Assembly: GCA_038231135.1 (NCBI GenBank)
Contig: JBBRLX010000001.1
Location: forward strand, 160,001-224,000
Reading direction: 5' to 3'
DNA: 64,000 nucleotides
Source: Candidatus Eiseniibacteriota bacterium
GTDB lineage: Bacteria; Eisenbacteria; RBG-16-71-46
The first letter of the stretch is position 1, and each line of letters opens with the position of its first letter. This document shows, in pieces, positions 61,453-64,000 of the stretch. Both the position numbers and the translations under genes were made by a program. Under the pieces are notes generated by a model, which saw only the letters and a list, made by a program, of their open reading frames with translations, ran no database searches and was not told where the DNA came from.

Positions 61453-63264
61453 TCAGTTCACCGAGTCGAGCCTCATGTCCTCAACCTTGGACTTGCCCCG
61501 CAGTTCGGCGAGGTAGGAGCTCAGGAACTGACGCTGCCGGCGTTCCAGGATTTCGCTCATGAGCTGCGACCTGGCCGCGACGAACGCCGCCGGCTCGGCA
61601 AGCGTCTGCCGGGTCACTCGCGCGAAATACCATCCGGCCACGGTCTCGGTCGGCCCGATGACCTGACCGGCCCTGGCGCCGAACAGGGCGCCCAGCACCT
61701 CCGGAGCGTTCTGCAGCCGCGGATCAGGGGTCGCCCGCGTGGTGCCGGTGATCGGGAACGGCTGGACGCCCGCGGCAGCCGCGGCCTCTTCGAGCGTGCG
61801 GCCCTGCTTCAGCGCCGCGGCGATCGCGTCCGCCTTCGGCTTGCTCGCCGCGAGCCGGGCGTCGAGCTCCGCGAGTTGGTGCAGCTGCTGTTCGACCTCG
61901 GAGCGGCTCGCGAGCCCGGCCGGCGACTGGCGGGTCACCTGCGCGATCACGAACTCGTCCGGACCCTCGAACACCGGGCTCAGGTCCTTGAGCTTCGCGT
62001 TGAGTCCCCAGTCGGCGGCTTCCGGGACGGCGTAGAGCTGGGGCGGCGTGTTGTTGGCGTCGTAGGCGCCGGTGGTCGAGGTGGCGAGGCCCGCCGAGGC
62101 GGCGGCCTTGCCGAGCCCGGACCGCTTCGCTTCGGTGAGCAGCGCCTTGAGCTTGTCGGCCTGGACGCGGAGCTCGTCGTCGCTCGCGCGCACGCGGACC
62201 ACGATCTGGGCGATGCGGATGCCGGTGGGCCCCGACGCCGAATCGGGCGGCAGCCGGCGGATGATCACGAACCGGCTGGCATCCTGGAACGGATCGGCGA
62301 TCTGCCCGGGCGCGAGCGCCGCGATCCTGCCGCCGATCACCGGGTCGAAGTCGCTCATCTTGAACACGCGGTCGATCACGCCGCCCTTGTCGGAGCCGGG
62401 ACCCTCGGAATAATCACGGGCGAGTGCCGTGAAATCCTCGCCGCCGCGGGCGCGATGCGTCAGGCCGTCGGCCAGCTCCTTCGCGGTGCGGATCTCGGAA
62501 TCGCCGTACTTCTTCTGGACCATGAGCACCTCGAGCTCGGTGTGGGCCGCGGCCATGAACCGGCTCTTGTACTTGTCGTAGGCGCGCTGCAGGTCCGCCT
62601 CCGCGACCTTGGGCGCCGCCGCCATGTCCGGCGGGATCTGCACGATGGTCGCATCCACCTTGTCGTAGCGCTGCTTGTAGGCGTCGAGCAGCTCGGGCTC
62701 GGACACCTTGAGCGACGAGATCAGGCGCTCCTGCAGCTTCCGCGTCGGGAGCTGCGTGCGGATCATGTCCTCGAACGGCGACCAGTTGACGTTCGGGTCC
62801 TTGAGCGCCGCCTGGTACTTGGCGTAATCGAACTGGCCGTTGGTCTGGAATCCGGCAGCCGACTGCAGCATGGTAGGCGGCTGGGTCTTGAGCGACAGCA
62901 CCACCTCGCCGTCGGTGGCCTGCAGCCCGGCGTGCTTCGCCTGCTGTGCCATCAGCCGCTGGTAGACGAGCGAGCGCCAGGTCTGCACCTCGAGCATCTT
63001 GAGGTCGCGATCGGCCGCCTCGCTGCCGTACTGCTGCTTGTAGTTCTGGCGCTGCTCCGCGAGCGCGGTCGTGAAGTCGGTGCGGGTCACGGGATCACCG
63101 TTCACGCTGCCCACCGCTCCCGCGACGCGGGCGCCATTCGAGCCTCCGAGGCCCGAGCCCAGCAGGAACACGAAGCCGCCGAGGAACGTGATCACCGTGA
63201 TCACGATCAGGATCCACCAGATCGTCTTGGTGCGCTTGCTGCCGGCGCGAAGGATATTGAGCAT
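61453..63264 (-). CDS. SurA_N/PpiD-like peptidyl-prolyl isomerase
   Basis: N-terminal TM, VGSVNG..V, FQTNGQFD..KY, GEDF..LARDYSE.PGS.KGG parvulin motif; SD GAGGAG. Confidence 0.88.
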   Translation of the reverse strand: MLNILRAGSKRTKTIWWILIVITVITFLGGFVFLLGSGLGGSNGARVAGAVGSVNGDPVTRTDFTTALAEQRQNYKQQYGSEAADRDLKMLEVQTWRSLVYQRLMAQQAKHAGLQATDGEVVLSLKTQPPTMLQSAAGFQTNGQFDYAKYQAALKDPNVNWSPFEDMIRTQLPTRKLQERLISSLKVSEPELLDAYKQRYDKVDATIVQIPPDMAAAPKVAEADLQRAYDKYKSRFMAAAHTELEVLMVQKKYGDSEIRTAKELADGLTHRARGGEDFTALARDYSEGPGSDKGGVIDRVFKMSDFDPVIGGRIAALAPGQIADPFQDASRFVIIRRLPPDSASGPTGIRIAQIVVRVRASDDELRVQADKLKALLTEAKRSGLGKAAASAGLATSTTGAYDANNTPPQLYAVPEAADWGLNAKLKDLSPVFEGPDEFVIAQVTRQSPAGLASRSEVEQQLHQLAELDARLAASKPKADAIAAALKQGRTLEEAAAAAGVQPFPITGTTRATPDPRLQNAPEVLGALFGARAGQVIGPTETVAGWYFARVTRQTLAEPAAFVAARSQLMSEILERRQRQFLSSYLAELRGKSKVEDMRLDSVN

Positions 63265-63514
63265 CGAAGTCTCCTCGTCCGGCATGGCGGACGATCACAC
63301 ACAAGGGGAACACGGAATGGCACAAGGGGAATGAGGGGAGCGAGTCTAACAGGGGGGACGAGGCCGCGCCAAACCCCGGCGGACTCGCGCCGGCGAGCCC
63401 GGACGCTGCCGCCGCAGACGGGCGATAATGTTGCGGACATGCGGGTTTCCATGGCGCCCGCCCCCGCCCTGTGCTACCCATCAATCACGCCGCGACCGTC
63501 CAACGGAGGGATGC

Positions 63515-64000
63515 ATGCGCAACGATGCCGCGGTCCGCACCGCCGAGCCGGAGACGGCCGGCAAGATCGCGCCCTGGCCCACCCAGGTGCTCGACGCGCT
63601 GGAACAGGCCGTGGTGGGTCTAGACCGCGAACGGCGTGTGGTCTACAACAACCGCCGCATCGAGGAGTTGCTCGGCATCGAGTCCGGCGCGCTGATCGGC
63701 ACCGCGGGGTCCCGGGTGTTCCCGGGCGCCGACGCACGCTGGCTCAAGGGTGCGTCCCGCGAGACCCGGGACTTCAAGTTCGAAACCGAGGGCCGCGAAC
63801 TGACGCTCAAGGCCGAGGCGCTGCCGATCCGCGACGAGGATGGCGACCTGGTCGGCTCGGTGGTGCTGGCCGAGGCGATCTCCGAGTCCGAGGATGGTGA
63901 ATTCCAGAAGAAGATCGACCGGCTGGTGTCGCTGGGCGAGCTGTCGGCCTACGTGGCGCACGAGATCCGCAACCCGCTGACCGGCATCCGCACCACGGTG
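63515..64000 (+). CDS. PAS sensor histidine kinase, 3'-truncated by the window edge
   Basis: MRNDAAV...VVGLDRERRVVYNN (PAS)...LVSLGELSAYVAHEIRNPLTGI; not in the ORF track because no stop lies in the window. Confidence 0.88.
   Translation, partial: MRNDAAVRTAEPETAGKIAPWPTQVLDALEQAVVGLDRERRVVYNNRRIEELLGIESGALIGTAGSRVFPGADARWLKGASRETRDFKFETEGRELTLKAEALPIRDEDGDLVGSVVLAEAISESEDGEFQKKIDRLVSLGELSAYVAHEIRNPLTGIRTTV

Noticed and set aside
63318..63334. TGGCAC sigma54-like site
   Set aside because: No GC at the -12 position

Overview
This is a GC-rich bacterial chromosomal segment, densely coding. By gene content it resembles an uncultured FCB-associated lineage such as Ca. Eisenbacteria (inference only). 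Housekeeping genes: trpA, valS, uvrB, nadC-birA-tatC-coaX, a divergent groEL, ygfZ-like, dapE-dapC-dapD, folB-folK-dNK-panB-panC, an N-terminal-only glmU, HIT, LytR_C, tatA and a SurA/PpiD-like PPIase. Surface-glycosylation genes: five GT-C-like membrane transferases, a GT2, wecB, an epimerase and a Wzi-like barrel. Two small islands of apparently lower GC carry decayed gene remnants. The most striking region is 4.8-14.2 kb, a self-contained flagellar-type regulatory cassette with no flagellar structural or export gene in the window. It runs: sigma28 promoter, csrA (N55 type), minimal flgM-like gene, PAS kinase, sigma54 activator, GGA-rich antisense stretch (candidate Csr sRNA), sigma54 promoter, receiver, stand-alone sigma-region-4 protein, orphan ORF, flhG/fleN, fliA, HisKA-only protein, degenerate GGDEF and hybrid kinase, then directly into glycan genes. 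A structured minus-strand locus convergent on trpA encodes an unannotated 18-aa hydrophobic WW-containing peptide with a sequestered Shine-Dalgarno. All calls come from motif recognition by eye; no database searches were run.
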